A stretch of 64,000 nt of DNA from an uncultured Saprospiraceae bacterium (GTDB lineage Bacteria; Bacteroidota; Bacteroidia; Chitinophagales; Saprospiraceae): contig CALLMH010000037.1 of the NCBI GenBank assembly GCA_938007965.1, positions 4,999-68,998 on the forward strand, in the 5' to 3' direction. The notes below the pieces were generated by a model that was not told the origin of the DNA, ran no database searches, and saw only the letters and a list, made by a program, of their open reading frames with translations. Every line of letters starts with the position of its first letter. Position 1 is the first letter of the stretch. Positions 1 through 8,655 of this stretch are shown here, one piece after another. Position numbers and translations under genes: made by a program.

Positions 1-1
1 T

Positions 2-181
2 AAGATGAGCAAAGAGCTACCCCCGGAAGTGAAAAAGGTGCAGGATGAATTAAGTGCAAACCTAGGAACCGCTGTAAAAATTAAGAGATCTGATTCAGGT
101 AGTGGAGAGATATCCATCAAGTTTGGATCTGATCGAGAATTCAACAATATACTCGCTGTATTGGAGAAATTAGAGGGTTAG
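2..181 (+). CDS. parB: ParB/Spo0J-type partition protein, C-terminal fragment (5' end lies outside the window)
   Basis: The frame is open from the window edge to TAG at 179-181. The translation ...PPEVKKVQDELSANLGTAVKIKRSDSGSGEISIKFGSDREFNNILAVLEKLEG resembles the C-terminal tail of Bacteroidota ParB. A DUF5683-like gene follows, as in many Bacteroidota par loci. Only 59 aa are visible. Confidence 0.5.
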   Translation, partial: KMSKELPPEVKKVQDELSANLGTAVKIKRSDSGSGEISIKFGSDREFNNILAVLEKLEG

Positions 182-217
182 ACAATACATATTCCGGCTA
201 TTATCGTTATTTATGGT

Positions 218-877
218 ATGTTGAAAAGATTACTCATTTTATTATTATTATGTGCTTCGCATTTTGCGTTTTGCCAATCTAGTGATAATAGGGGACAAGA
301 AAACAAGAACCTTGATGAGAATCTAATCAGACCTGCTGATCAGCAAGTACAACCCACGAAAGACACTACCACAATAGTAAGCAATGCATTTTTCGACATA
401 TTCTATGGAAAACCTGGTAAAGCTGCCTTTTATGGACTTATCGTTCCTGGTGGGGGGCAGATTTACAATAAGAAATGGTGGAAACTACCATTTGTATATG
501 CTATAGAAGGTTTTTCGCTGTATTGGGTGATAACCAGTACAAAGCAAAATGGTTTGTTTCAGGAAGCATACTTTAATGTCTTAAATGATCTAGAAGGACC
601 TAGAGCGGTGCGAGGAATTTCTGATGTGAATGCGCTCCTAGCTAACCGGAATAAATGGCGTAAGAACAAAGAATACTCTTGGATCATTTTTATGGGTGCT
701 CATTTGATCACTATTTTCGAATCATTTATTGATAGGCATTTGATGGAGTTTGATGTAAGTGATGATCTTACATTTGCCCCTGTACAATCTGTAGTCGGAC
801 CATATCCTGCATTTACCTACACCATCGGATTAAATAAGAAAAAAGATATAGTATTTAAGGACTTGTTAGTGGATTAA
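218..877 (+). CDS. DUF5683-like membrane protein
   Basis: 219-aa ORF with an N-terminal signal/TM segment. It carries the motif GLIVPGGGQIYNKKWWKLPFVY, typical of DUF5683 proteins encoded after parB in Bacteroidota. Confidence 0.65.
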   Translation: MLKRLLILLLLCASHFAFCQSSDNRGQENKNLDENLIRPADQQVQPTKDTTTIVSNAFFDIFYGKPGKAAFYGLIVPGGGQIYNKKWWKLPFVYAIEGFSLYWVITSTKQNGLFQEAYFNVLNDLEGPRAVRGISDVNALLANRNKWRKNKEYSWIIFMGAHLITIFESFIDRHLMEFDVSDDLTFAPVQSVVGPYPAFTYTIGLNKKKDIVFKDLLVD

Positions 878-1148
878 GGATATTACTAAGATAGTAGTTT
901 ATTTATTTTGATTTTCTTGTGTTGAAAGGGGGATAAAACTGTTAAGGCTATTTATAGATTAAGCCATTTAGCAATAATCCAGATTGCCATCTTAAATTAA
1001 GTAAATATGAACACTTTGTGAAATTCAATTAATTACTATCGGTTTTGATGGTTTTTCATACTAAATCTGGAATATTTTCTCCAATTCAACAATTAAGTCT
1101 AATTTACCCGTGGTTTTAGTAAAGACAACTTTTTAAAAAATATAAAGA

Positions 1149-2120
1149 ATGAATATATACAATAAGCTTGGATTATTTATAGTCGCGATAAGTGTTTCAT
1201 TGGTATCTTGTAAGATAGACCAATCAAGTGCAAGTAAGGAAAAAGTAAGTACAGAGATTACGAAAAGTAATTCATCGAATAATACAACAGAGTCAAACAC
1301 TCCTGCTGAAGATTTGGGACCAGTTACTAATATCAAACTGACAAAATATTGGGAGTCTGATTCTACGCTTATCACACCTGAATCAGTCTTGTTCGACGAG
1401 AAGCAAGGTCTGTATTATGTTTCTTGTATTGGTAATGTACCTCCCAATAAGGAAGACGGGGATGGATATATAGCCAAAATAGATCAACGTGGAAATATAC
1501 TGGATTCTAATTATATCATAGGTCTTGATGCACCGAAGGGAATGGCGTTACATGAAGGTAAACTATACGTAACTGATATCAATGAGCTGGTAATAATAGA
1601 TCAAGCAACGTCGTCTGTAGAAAGAAGAATAGAGGTTCCAGGCTCTACTTTTCTCAATGATGTGGCTCTGTCGCCAGATGGGAAAATTTATTTCACCGAT
1701 AGTGATCAAAATACAATCTACGTATATGCCGATGCTAAGGTCAAATTATTCAAAAAAGATGCTGGCCTTGGAGGTACAAACGGGATACTCGTAGATGAGA
1801 AGACGATCTACTTGGCAGGATTTGGAAATGGCGATATCAACACCATAGATATAGCCTCAAAAGAAATAACCAATCGTGCTAAAGGTGCAGTGCCTGGCGG
1901 CGATGGAATCGCAGTATGGGAAGACGGATATGTCTACTCTAATTGGAATGGAGAAGTATACTTTATTACACCCGACTGGGAAGCTAAAAAGGTACTAGAC
2001 ACAAAAGAAATGAAATCAAACGCCGCTGATATAGCTATCAATCATAAAAATGGCGAACTAATAATCCCAACATTCTTTGCCAATAGAGTAGTAGGTTACA
2101 AGATCGAGAGTTTGAGATGA
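1149..2120 (+). CDS. Lipoprotein with beta-propeller fold (SMP-30/gluconolactonase/LRE- or NHL-like)
   Basis: 323-aa ORF with lipobox LVSC at residues 18-21. Strand-turn motifs recur (GKLYVTD, GKIYFTDSD, TIYLAGFG, GYVYSNWNGEVYFI), as in six-bladed propellers. The function is not resolved. Confidence 0.55.
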   Translation: MNIYNKLGLFIVAISVSLVSCKIDQSSASKEKVSTEITKSNSSNNTTESNTPAEDLGPVTNIKLTKYWESDSTLITPESVLFDEKQGLYYVSCIGNVPPNKEDGDGYIAKIDQRGNILDSNYIIGLDAPKGMALHEGKLYVTDINELVIIDQATSSVERRIEVPGSTFLNDVALSPDGKIYFTDSDQNTIYVYADAKVKLFKKDAGLGGTNGILVDEKTIYLAGFGNGDINTIDIASKEITNRAKGAVPGGDGIAVWEDGYVYSNWNGEVYFITPDWEAKKVLDTKEMKSNAADIAINHKNGELIIPTFFANRVVGYKIESLR

Positions 2121-2150
2121 TTTCATAGGTAGTGTTGTAAATATATAATT

Positions 2151-3101
2151 ATGAAGAAATCGTTGATTGCTATAGTTCTATTGTCAAATATTGTATTCTA
2201 CAGTTGTAAATCTAATAAAGGTAAAGAGGTAGAGCCTGTAATTAATTCAGAATTTCGCAATGAGATCAAACCCAAAGTAGTCCTCGCTCAATGGACATTC
2301 AATAGATCATTGTTTGCAGGAGAAATAACAACTGTAGATTTTTTGAATGAAGCATCCAAACTTGGATTCGAAGGAGTAGAGTTTGTCAATCAATTTTTCG
2401 ATGACAAAGTAGAGGACGATGAATATCTAAGTAATCTAAGATCGGAATCCGAAAAATTAGGTGTAGATATTACGCTGTTGGCAGTAGATGTACAGGGGGC
2501 CAGATTAGGAGCATCTGATAAGGAAGAGAGGGAATCAGCGATCGAGAAGCACAAGAAATGGATCGTAGCGGCATCAATACTAGACTGTCCTAATATCCGA
2601 GTTAATGCTCATGGTGATGGAACTGCACATGATGTGATGGAAAATGTGTTCGAATCAGTGCAGGAATTAGCGATTTATGGTAAAAGATATAAGGTAGGTG
2701 TCACTATAGAAAACCACGGTCAATACTCTAGTGATGGTAAGTGGTTGTCAACATTGGTGGGTAGATTAATGCCGTATGGAGTAGGGAGTGTCGCCGATTT
2801 TGATAATTGGTGTATCGAAAGAGAAGACGGAAAATTATGGGGCAGTCCTTGCATTAATGAGTATGATAGATATCTGGGAATCAAAGAATTATTACCTACG
2901 GCCAAAAGCATTAGTATCAAAGCATTTGACTTTGATGAGAATGGTGAACCAGTCAAAACAGATTTCAAGCGAATGTTCGATTTGATCCGTGCATCAGAAT
3001 ATGATACATATCTTGCTGTAGAATTTGAAGGGCATGATTTGGATCCTATTGAAGGCGTAAAGAAGATATTGGCACTAATAGACAAATACCTGGAAGATTA
3101 G
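2151..3101 (+). CDS. Sugar phosphate isomerase/epimerase family protein (xylose-isomerase-like TIM barrel), exported
   Basis: 316-aa ORF with signal/lipobox FYSC. Motifs GFEGVEFV, NIRVNAHGDG, TIENHG and LAVEFEGHD are typical of the AP-endonuclease-2 / xylose isomerase-like TIM barrel. Confidence 0.65.
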   Translation: MKKSLIAIVLLSNIVFYSCKSNKGKEVEPVINSEFRNEIKPKVVLAQWTFNRSLFAGEITTVDFLNEASKLGFEGVEFVNQFFDDKVEDDEYLSNLRSESEKLGVDITLLAVDVQGARLGASDKEERESAIEKHKKWIVAASILDCPNIRVNAHGDGTAHDVMENVFESVQELAIYGKRYKVGVTIENHGQYSSDGKWLSTLVGRLMPYGVGSVADFDNWCIEREDGKLWGSPCINEYDRYLGIKELLPTAKSISIKAFDFDENGEPVKTDFKRMFDLIRASEYDTYLAVEFEGHDLDPIEGVKKILALIDKYLED

Positions 3102-3125
3102 TCTAAAGAAGATTTGCCTTATTAT

Positions 3126-3686
3126 CTATTCAGGATAACGCAACCAACCTAAAACATCATAATCCGCAACAGTATATATACCTTGGAATTCAGATAGCGT
3201 AAGTTTTTGTCTTGTTTTTGTTCCGTAATTTTGTTGGATTAGGGTAACTGAATTTTCTTTGACTTCACAGATGATACCTGTATGGCCGAATGGATTAGTA
3301 GGACTTTCGCCATAGACTAGAATATCCCCTTCTTGAGGTTTCTCATATCTAGTATTTCTATACTGAATGAGACCTCTTTCAGCATTGAATGCCACATCAT
3401 CTAGTGTTTTGTCGAATAATTCTTTAGCATGGCCGTAGGAGTTGGGCATCTTATGATTATGCACTTCGTAGTAAAATCTTTTGACATACTCTACACATTG
3501 GTATTTTAGACCTAAGTTGTAACCATCTGTAGTTAAGTTTCTCCCTATGACATTTCTGTAGTTGTTGCCATTATAATAAACGGCGACGTCATAATATTTA
3601 TCAAGCACTTGACCGACTTCGAAGTTGAAGCTCGTAAATGAGAGAAATGAAAATACAATCAAAAGGGAATAAATGTGCTTGCTCAT
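3126..3686 (-). CDS. CHAP domain-containing protein (putative amidase/peptidase), secreted
   Basis: 186-aa ORF with a signal peptide. Candidate catalytic Cys in YQCVEYVKRFY and catalytic His in FGHTGIICEV, with spacing typical of CHAP/NlpC-like domains. Confidence 0.65.
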   Translation of the reverse strand: MSKHIYSLLIVFSFLSFTSFNFEVGQVLDKYYDVAVYYNGNNYRNVIGRNLTTDGYNLGLKYQCVEYVKRFYYEVHNHKMPNSYGHAKELFDKTLDDVAFNAERGLIQYRNTRYEKPQEGDILVYGESPTNPFGHTGIICEVKENSVTLIQQNYGTKTRQKLTLSEFQGIYTVADYDVLGWLRYPE

Positions 3687-3832
3687 TGTGTTATTATAGT
3701 AGGTGCAATATACATCAAAGACACATTTAAAGACATTTTACCACTATATTGGTAGTCTTTTTTTTAAGTTTTGTCAGATAATTAGCATTTATCCATCTGA
3801 AATCAGTCGATGAGCATTCGGAAATCGAGCTA

Positions 3833-4414
3833 TTACTTGATCTTCGAAGTAGAAAGAGCGTACTCAGGGGCATTACTTTTTACCAATTCATATCCTCCAA
3901 ATAGAATCAATCCAAAAGCTGCGTTACCAATAAGACTGTATGCATAAAAAGGAATGGCAGCAATATAACAAGCAATAAGACCTGAGAATGATTTTGCATA
4001 GACAGCACTTCCTAACCAGTCTCCAAAATTAGAAACCAACCAAAAGATAGTCGTAGCTCCTAAGACACCAAAAACAGTATTCTTAAGGTTTACTCTTTGT
4101 AATAAAAACTTACCGAGTATGACTATCAAGAATAGTGAACCAATCGTCCACAGCATATAGTTTTGATAAAACACAACTCCATCTGAATAGTAAGCACTGT
4201 AAACGGTATTATTTATAATAAAATCACTTAACATGTAAGCAGCAATAGGTATGATGAATGCGAATCTCTTCAATAGAAAATAAGAACCACCAAATAATGC
4301 TAAAGTTTCTAAACCAGATACATTAGGGACGTTAACCAATAGGAATCTACTGACGATCCCAAAGAAGATTAATAATGAAGCTGTTATTACTGATATTTTA
4401 GAATTATTTTTCAT
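3833..4414 (-). CDS. DUF6580-like polytopic membrane protein (putative transporter component)
   Basis: The ORF-track start at 4417 is TTG. The adjacent ATG at 4412-4414 is used here. The protein has 5-6 hydrophobic helices, and its N-terminus (VSRFLLVNVPNVSGLETLALFGGSYF) resembles DUF6580 family proteins. Confidence 0.55.
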   Translation of the reverse strand: MKNNSKISVITASLLIFFGIVSRFLLVNVPNVSGLETLALFGGSYFLLKRFAFIIPIAAYMLSDFIINNTVYSAYYSDGVVFYQNYMLWTIGSLFLIVILGKFLLQRVNLKNTVFGVLGATTIFWLVSNFGDWLGSAVYAKSFSGLIACYIAAIPFYAYSLIGNAAFGLILFGGYELVKSNAPEYALSTSKIK

Positions 4415-4836
4415 CAACTGTATATTTTATAGAGATATATAGATTAACTCTATCTGAAGTATTATTTTATAATATCATTACTCTGATTCTTAGTAATGAG
4501 TCTATAATATTAATTGTTATGCAAATGTAATCACACAATAGGACAAAATCAAACAAATAACGAATTGTCAATATATGGATTTAGGAAAAGTGGTGTAGAC
4601 TATCCATAATCTATATAACTATCGTCGCTTGTTTTATTTCTGCCGCTTTAGCCACATTATGTTTTGATCTTAGGATAGCTACTTTAGCTTCATGTAATCT
4701 ATTAAGATTTTCGTTTTTATCTTCGATTAAGAAATATAGGGTAGTCATCTATTTCCCAATATCTAGCTTTCAATTTGTTTTACTTACTTTTACTAGATGT
4801 AATTAGACAGTTGCACAAAGCCAAATAAATATCAAA

Positions 4837-5379
4837 ATGTCAAAGTACGTTATTAGAAAAAGTAGGGTAGATGACTTTGAGTCTTTAATCGTACTGTATG
4901 AAAATGTTGTGGATCATATGTTCTCGAATGATATCAATCAATGGGACCATGAATATCCAAGTGAGGAGATAATCAGGTGCGATATTGAATCAGGACATCA
5001 TTTCGTGATATCTGAAGATCAAGAAGTAATCGCTACGGTAGTACTAGATTCTAATCAGGATGAACAATACAAAGCTGTCCATTGGAAATCATACAATAAA
5101 GATGTTTTGGTGATCCATAGGCTGGCAGTTTCGCCATTGCACGAAGGAAAAGGCTTAGCCACACTGATGTGTGAGTTTGCAGAAGAATATGCTAGAAAGA
5201 ATGGCTACAAGAGCATTAGATTAGATGCTTATGCAGGAAACAAAAGATCGAATAAATTATATCATGAAAAATTAGGGTACCGCAGAGCAGGCGGGTTTTG
5301 CTATTTCAGAAAGAAAGCTATTCCATTTTATTGTTACGAAAAAGAAATACCTGAAATTAAAAAACCACATTCAAGCTAA
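4837..5379 (+). CDS. GNAT family N-acetyltransferase
   Basis: 180-aa ORF with an acetyl-CoA binding motif region, HRLAVSPLHEGKGLATLM (R/Q-x-x-G-x-G/A type). Confidence 0.8.
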   Translation: MSKYVIRKSRVDDFESLIVLYENVVDHMFSNDINQWDHEYPSEEIIRCDIESGHHFVISEDQEVIATVVLDSNQDEQYKAVHWKSYNKDVLVIHRLAVSPLHEGKGLATLMCEFAEEYARKNGYKSIRLDAYAGNKRSNKLYHEKLGYRRAGGFCYFRKKAIPFYCYEKEIPEIKKPHSS

Positions 5380-5393
5380 TGAATGTGGTTTTT
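5361..5393. terminator. Bidirectional hairpin between the convergent GNAT and S8 peptidase genes
   Basis: The arms AAAACCACATTCA (5361-5373) and TGAATGTGGTTTT (5380-5392) are perfectly complementary around a 6-nt loop. A/T runs lie on both sides. The hairpin overlaps the GNAT stop codon (5377-5379). Confidence 0.6.
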
Positions 5394-5417
5394 ACTTCTA
5401 AGCATACTGCCTATATT

Positions 5418-7085
5418 TTATGCACTCGTACTTTTCTTTTTTACTTTCTTTTTTCCTTTTGTGAGCTTCGCCATCTGTACAGCATTGTATAGGTTGATCG
5501 CTCCACCTTGGATGCTTAAAGTTTTGAAATTCACAAGATCTCCACTTTTGTCACCTGGTTTTTTTACCATAAGGTCTACAGGAGTAGCACTCTTCATGAT
5601 GATTTCTTTTACCTGTGATGCTTTTAGCGCAGGGAAGTATGATCTTAGTACGGCAGCTACACCAGCTACTACAGGAGAAGCCATCGAAGTACCTTGCAAG
5701 TATCTGTATTGATCATCAGGCAATGTAGAATAGATCTGTACTCCTGGAGCAAAAATATCAACACTCTTTTGTCCATAGTTAGAGAATGTGGCTACTGCAT
5801 CTTCTCCTGACTTATATGATAATGCTCCAACTTCAATCCAATTTTTAGATTCCTTTTTCTTCCACCATAGAATACCACAAGATTTGTCGTATTCATTGAC
5901 TGGAAAGTTACCTGTTACATCATTATCCTGAGCTGAGTTACCTGCAGCATGAACGAGTAATACATCTTTTTTTGTAGCATATTTTACAGCATCGTCTACG
6001 ACTTTCTTATCCCAGCTATATCCTTTTCCGAAGCTCATATTGATAATGCTTGCTCCATTATCTACAGCATATCTTATCGCATTGGCTACGTCTTTATCTC
6101 TCTCGTCACCATCAGGCACTGTTCGGATAGACATAATCCTAACATTATTGGCGATACCATTCATCCCTACATCATTGTTCCTTATTGCAGCCACGATGCC
6201 CGCTACGTGCGTACCATGTAATGCATCAGGACCCTCTATATCATTGTTTCCATAGACAGATTGTTTACTATTTGAGTAGTTATCTTTTACGATGGTAGAC
6301 CGCGGATCGAAATCAGGATTATATGCATAGTCCAGTTTGTCTTGTTGCCTTTTAGCATCTTCAGCTAGAGCTTCTTTGAGCGCACCCCTCATGTCATCTG
6401 CAGACTCTATACCTCCACGGCTCATGAAATCATTGGCTATGTTTTTACCGATTGCTACCATTTGATCTTCATTCGTGATCTTGTTGATATTTTCTAGGGT
6501 AAAATCTAGGCTATCTTTTGTCAACTCATTTGAGATAGCATCTATGGCTGCCATCACTGTGGTTTCTATTCCAGATACTTCCTTGAGCGCATTTTCAGCT
6601 CTAGCTCTTTGTTTTGTTACTTCTTCTTGCCATACTAGAAATTGTTCATAGAGTTTTTTATCCTCTTTGTTAAGTAATGCGGGGTTTGCATTTTCGAATT
6701 TGTACTTGTACTTACCGTATAGTCTTGTGACTTCGTAGGTGTCAGGCCCCACATTCATGCCATTAGGACCTCCGATGAAGTTCCAGCCGTGGATATCGTC
6801 TATATATCCATTATTATCGTCATCGATACCATTGTCAGCGATTTCACCTGGGTTTACCCACATAATATCAGCTAGGTCTTCGTGTTCTGCATCTACACCC
6901 GAATCAATGATAGCTACAATGACCGATTGATTTGATTTTCCTTCCAGTGCTTCGTAAGCTTTTTCTGTAGAAACGCCCATATATCCTTCAGATGGATCTT
7001 TGTGGAACCAATCTTTTAAATCTTCTTGTGCAAATATGCTACTCGTTAGAAGAAGAAGAGCGAATGTTTTTAGTACTAACTTCAT
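5418..7085 (-). CDS. S8 family (subtilisin-like) serine peptidase, secreted
   Basis: The catalytic triad motifs are visible: IIDSGVD (Asp), HGTHVAGIVAA (His) and GTSMASPVVAG (Ser). The start is moved to the internal ATG (7083-7085), which gives the signal peptide MKLVLKTFALLLL. Confidence 0.9.
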   Translation of the reverse strand: MKLVLKTFALLLLTSSIFAQEDLKDWFHKDPSEGYMGVSTEKAYEALEGKSNQSVIVAIIDSGVDAEHEDLADIMWVNPGEIADNGIDDDNNGYIDDIHGWNFIGGPNGMNVGPDTYEVTRLYGKYKYKFENANPALLNKEDKKLYEQFLVWQEEVTKQRARAENALKEVSGIETTVMAAIDAISNELTKDSLDFTLENINKITNEDQMVAIGKNIANDFMSRGGIESADDMRGALKEALAEDAKRQQDKLDYAYNPDFDPRSTIVKDNYSNSKQSVYGNNDIEGPDALHGTHVAGIVAAIRNNDVGMNGIANNVRIMSIRTVPDGDERDKDVANAIRYAVDNGASIINMSFGKGYSWDKKVVDDAVKYATKKDVLLVHAAGNSAQDNDVTGNFPVNEYDKSCGILWWKKKESKNWIEVGALSYKSGEDAVATFSNYGQKSVDIFAPGVQIYSTLPDDQYRYLQGTSMASPVVAGVAAVLRSYFPALKASQVKEIIMKSATPVDLMVKKPGDKSGDLVNFKTLSIQGGAINLYNAVQMAKLTKGKKKVKKKSTSA

Positions 7086-7591
7086 ATAATATTTATATTG
7101 TTTAATGATATGCAAAAGATACAAATAACCATTATTTTAGTTCGATTATCCTGTTTTTATTGCATTGTTTTACGTTGACCAAATGTAGAAATTTAAAATC
7201 TATTTTCAGAGAAAAGACAGACCTAATCACTTAAGTTGTAATTTTAGGCTATATTCTGAAAGATGAGCTAGGTAATAACTGTTTTTTAATTTTAGGATTC
7301 AGAATATGTTATGCTTGAGATTGAAACGTAATATTTTATCTTTTTCTTAGATTCACAATTACACATTCTAGCACTTATTATAAAATTACCTCACTACAGA
7401 GTGTCTACTTTTTTCTGTAAAACCAAAAAGAATGTACACTTGATGTCATTTTTGATAAAAATGAATAAAGTTTGATAAAAACATAAAATAAAAGGACAAT
7501 TTTACGTTCATTTGAAAGATTAACAACTTTTCATAGGAATTAATAAATAAAATATTAAACTTTGCATTAATATGTAAAGCGCGTATAAACA

Positions 7592-8455
7592 ATGAGGAAT
7601 TTTTTAATAATAATTTTGATAACGGTATTAGGAGTGTGTAAATCAGATGCTCAATATCTTGAATACGGCGCTGGTGCAGGGTTATCAGTTTACTGGGGTG
7701 ATCTTAATACTCCTGATTTTGGAACAAATCTTGGCAATGCTAATTTTGCCGTGCAGGGTATGGCGAAGTTGAACTTTAGCCGGTATTTGGCTCTAAAGGC
7801 AAATTTACTTTACGGTAAACTTTCTGGAGACGATAGTAGATCATTTGTTGAATGGCAAAAACAAAGAAATCTAGACTTCACCTCTACATTGACAGAATTG
7901 TCTATCCTTGGAGAATTTCATGTGTTTGGATATAACTTCGGAGAAGAAAATCCAATATCTCCTTATATCACAGCGGGATTAGGTGTTTTTCATTTTAATC
8001 CTAAGACAACCTTCCAAGGTAATGTCGTAGAATTACAACCACTCGGGACAGAGGGCCAAGGATTACCTGGGTTCGATTCTAAATACAATAGGATAGCATT
8101 GGCGATTCCTTTCGGTGCTGGTGCAAAATTCCAATTAAATGAAGAGATGAATATCTCATTGGATATATTAGCGAGAAGGACATTTACAGATTATATTGAT
8201 GACGTATCTACTAATTATGTAGCATTCGATGAGCTAGCCGCTGGCAATGGACTATTGGCCGCTCAGCTAGCCAATAGAGTAGGTGAATCACTGGGTCAGA
8301 CAGAACCAGTTAGCTTTCCTACTGGGACTCAGCGTGGTGGTGCAAACATAAAAGATTACTATCTTACAGCCATGGTTACGGTCACTTTCAAATTGAATCG
8401 TAATGTCCAGTTATTTGGAAGACACAGACATAGAACTGATTGTCCAAGATTCTAA
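7592..8455 (+). CDS. DUF6089-like outer-membrane beta-barrel protein
   Basis: 287-aa ORF with a signal peptide. It shows an alternating hydrophobic beta-strand pattern, an N-terminal EYGAGAGLSVYWGDLN motif typical of DUF6089, and a C-terminal aromatic residue. Confidence 0.6.
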   Translation: MRNFLIIILITVLGVCKSDAQYLEYGAGAGLSVYWGDLNTPDFGTNLGNANFAVQGMAKLNFSRYLALKANLLYGKLSGDDSRSFVEWQKQRNLDFTSTLTELSILGEFHVFGYNFGEENPISPYITAGLGVFHFNPKTTFQGNVVELQPLGTEGQGLPGFDSKYNRIALAIPFGAGAKFQLNEEMNISLDILARRTFTDYIDDVSTNYVAFDELAAGNGLLAAQLANRVGESLGQTEPVSFPTGTQRGGANIKDYYLTAMVTVTFKLNRNVQLFGRHRHRTDCPRF

Positions 8456-8620
8456 AGTTATATTTTACAACTACATTCGAAGAAGAAGTATAGTTAAAAC
8501 CATTGTATTCATATATTGACACAATGATTTTGGCGGCTTGAGTATTTATGTATTTTTTTCCTCGAAAAGAACAATCTCCCTAGGAAGTATATTTTATCAT
8601 TCACAACAATAATAATGTGC

Positions 8621-8628
8621 TACTTTTG
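8621..8628 (+). promoter_or_regulatory. Candidate Bacteroidota -7 promoter box (TAnnTTTG) upstream of the RecQ-family gene
   Basis: TACTTTTG matches the established Bacteroidota sigma-A -7 consensus TAnnTTTG. It lies 27 nt upstream of the ATG at 8656. No clear -33 TTTG was seen. Confidence 0.3.
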
Positions 8629-8655
8629 TTTATCGTTAATTCAGTAAAGTAGTAT

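Noticed and set aside
4418-4836. A possible cobalamin (or other) riboswitch in the 420-bp leader upstream of the DUF6580 transporter-like gene. Homologues are, to my recollection, sometimes riboswitch-controlled.
   Set aside because: I read the minus strand and found no B12-box-like GCCACTG core, no GGTG..AATCC element and no GC-rich multi-stem architecture. Only a 7-bp hairpin is present (CATTACT/AGTAATG, 4476-4498). An Infernal scan would be decisive.
5383-5712. A 109-aa + strand ORF, with further ORFs at 6040..6255 and 6739..6930, overlaps the S8 peptidase gene.
   Set aside because: They are antisense to a CDS with an intact Asp/His/Ser triad. They have no recognisable motifs and are typical shadow ORFs.
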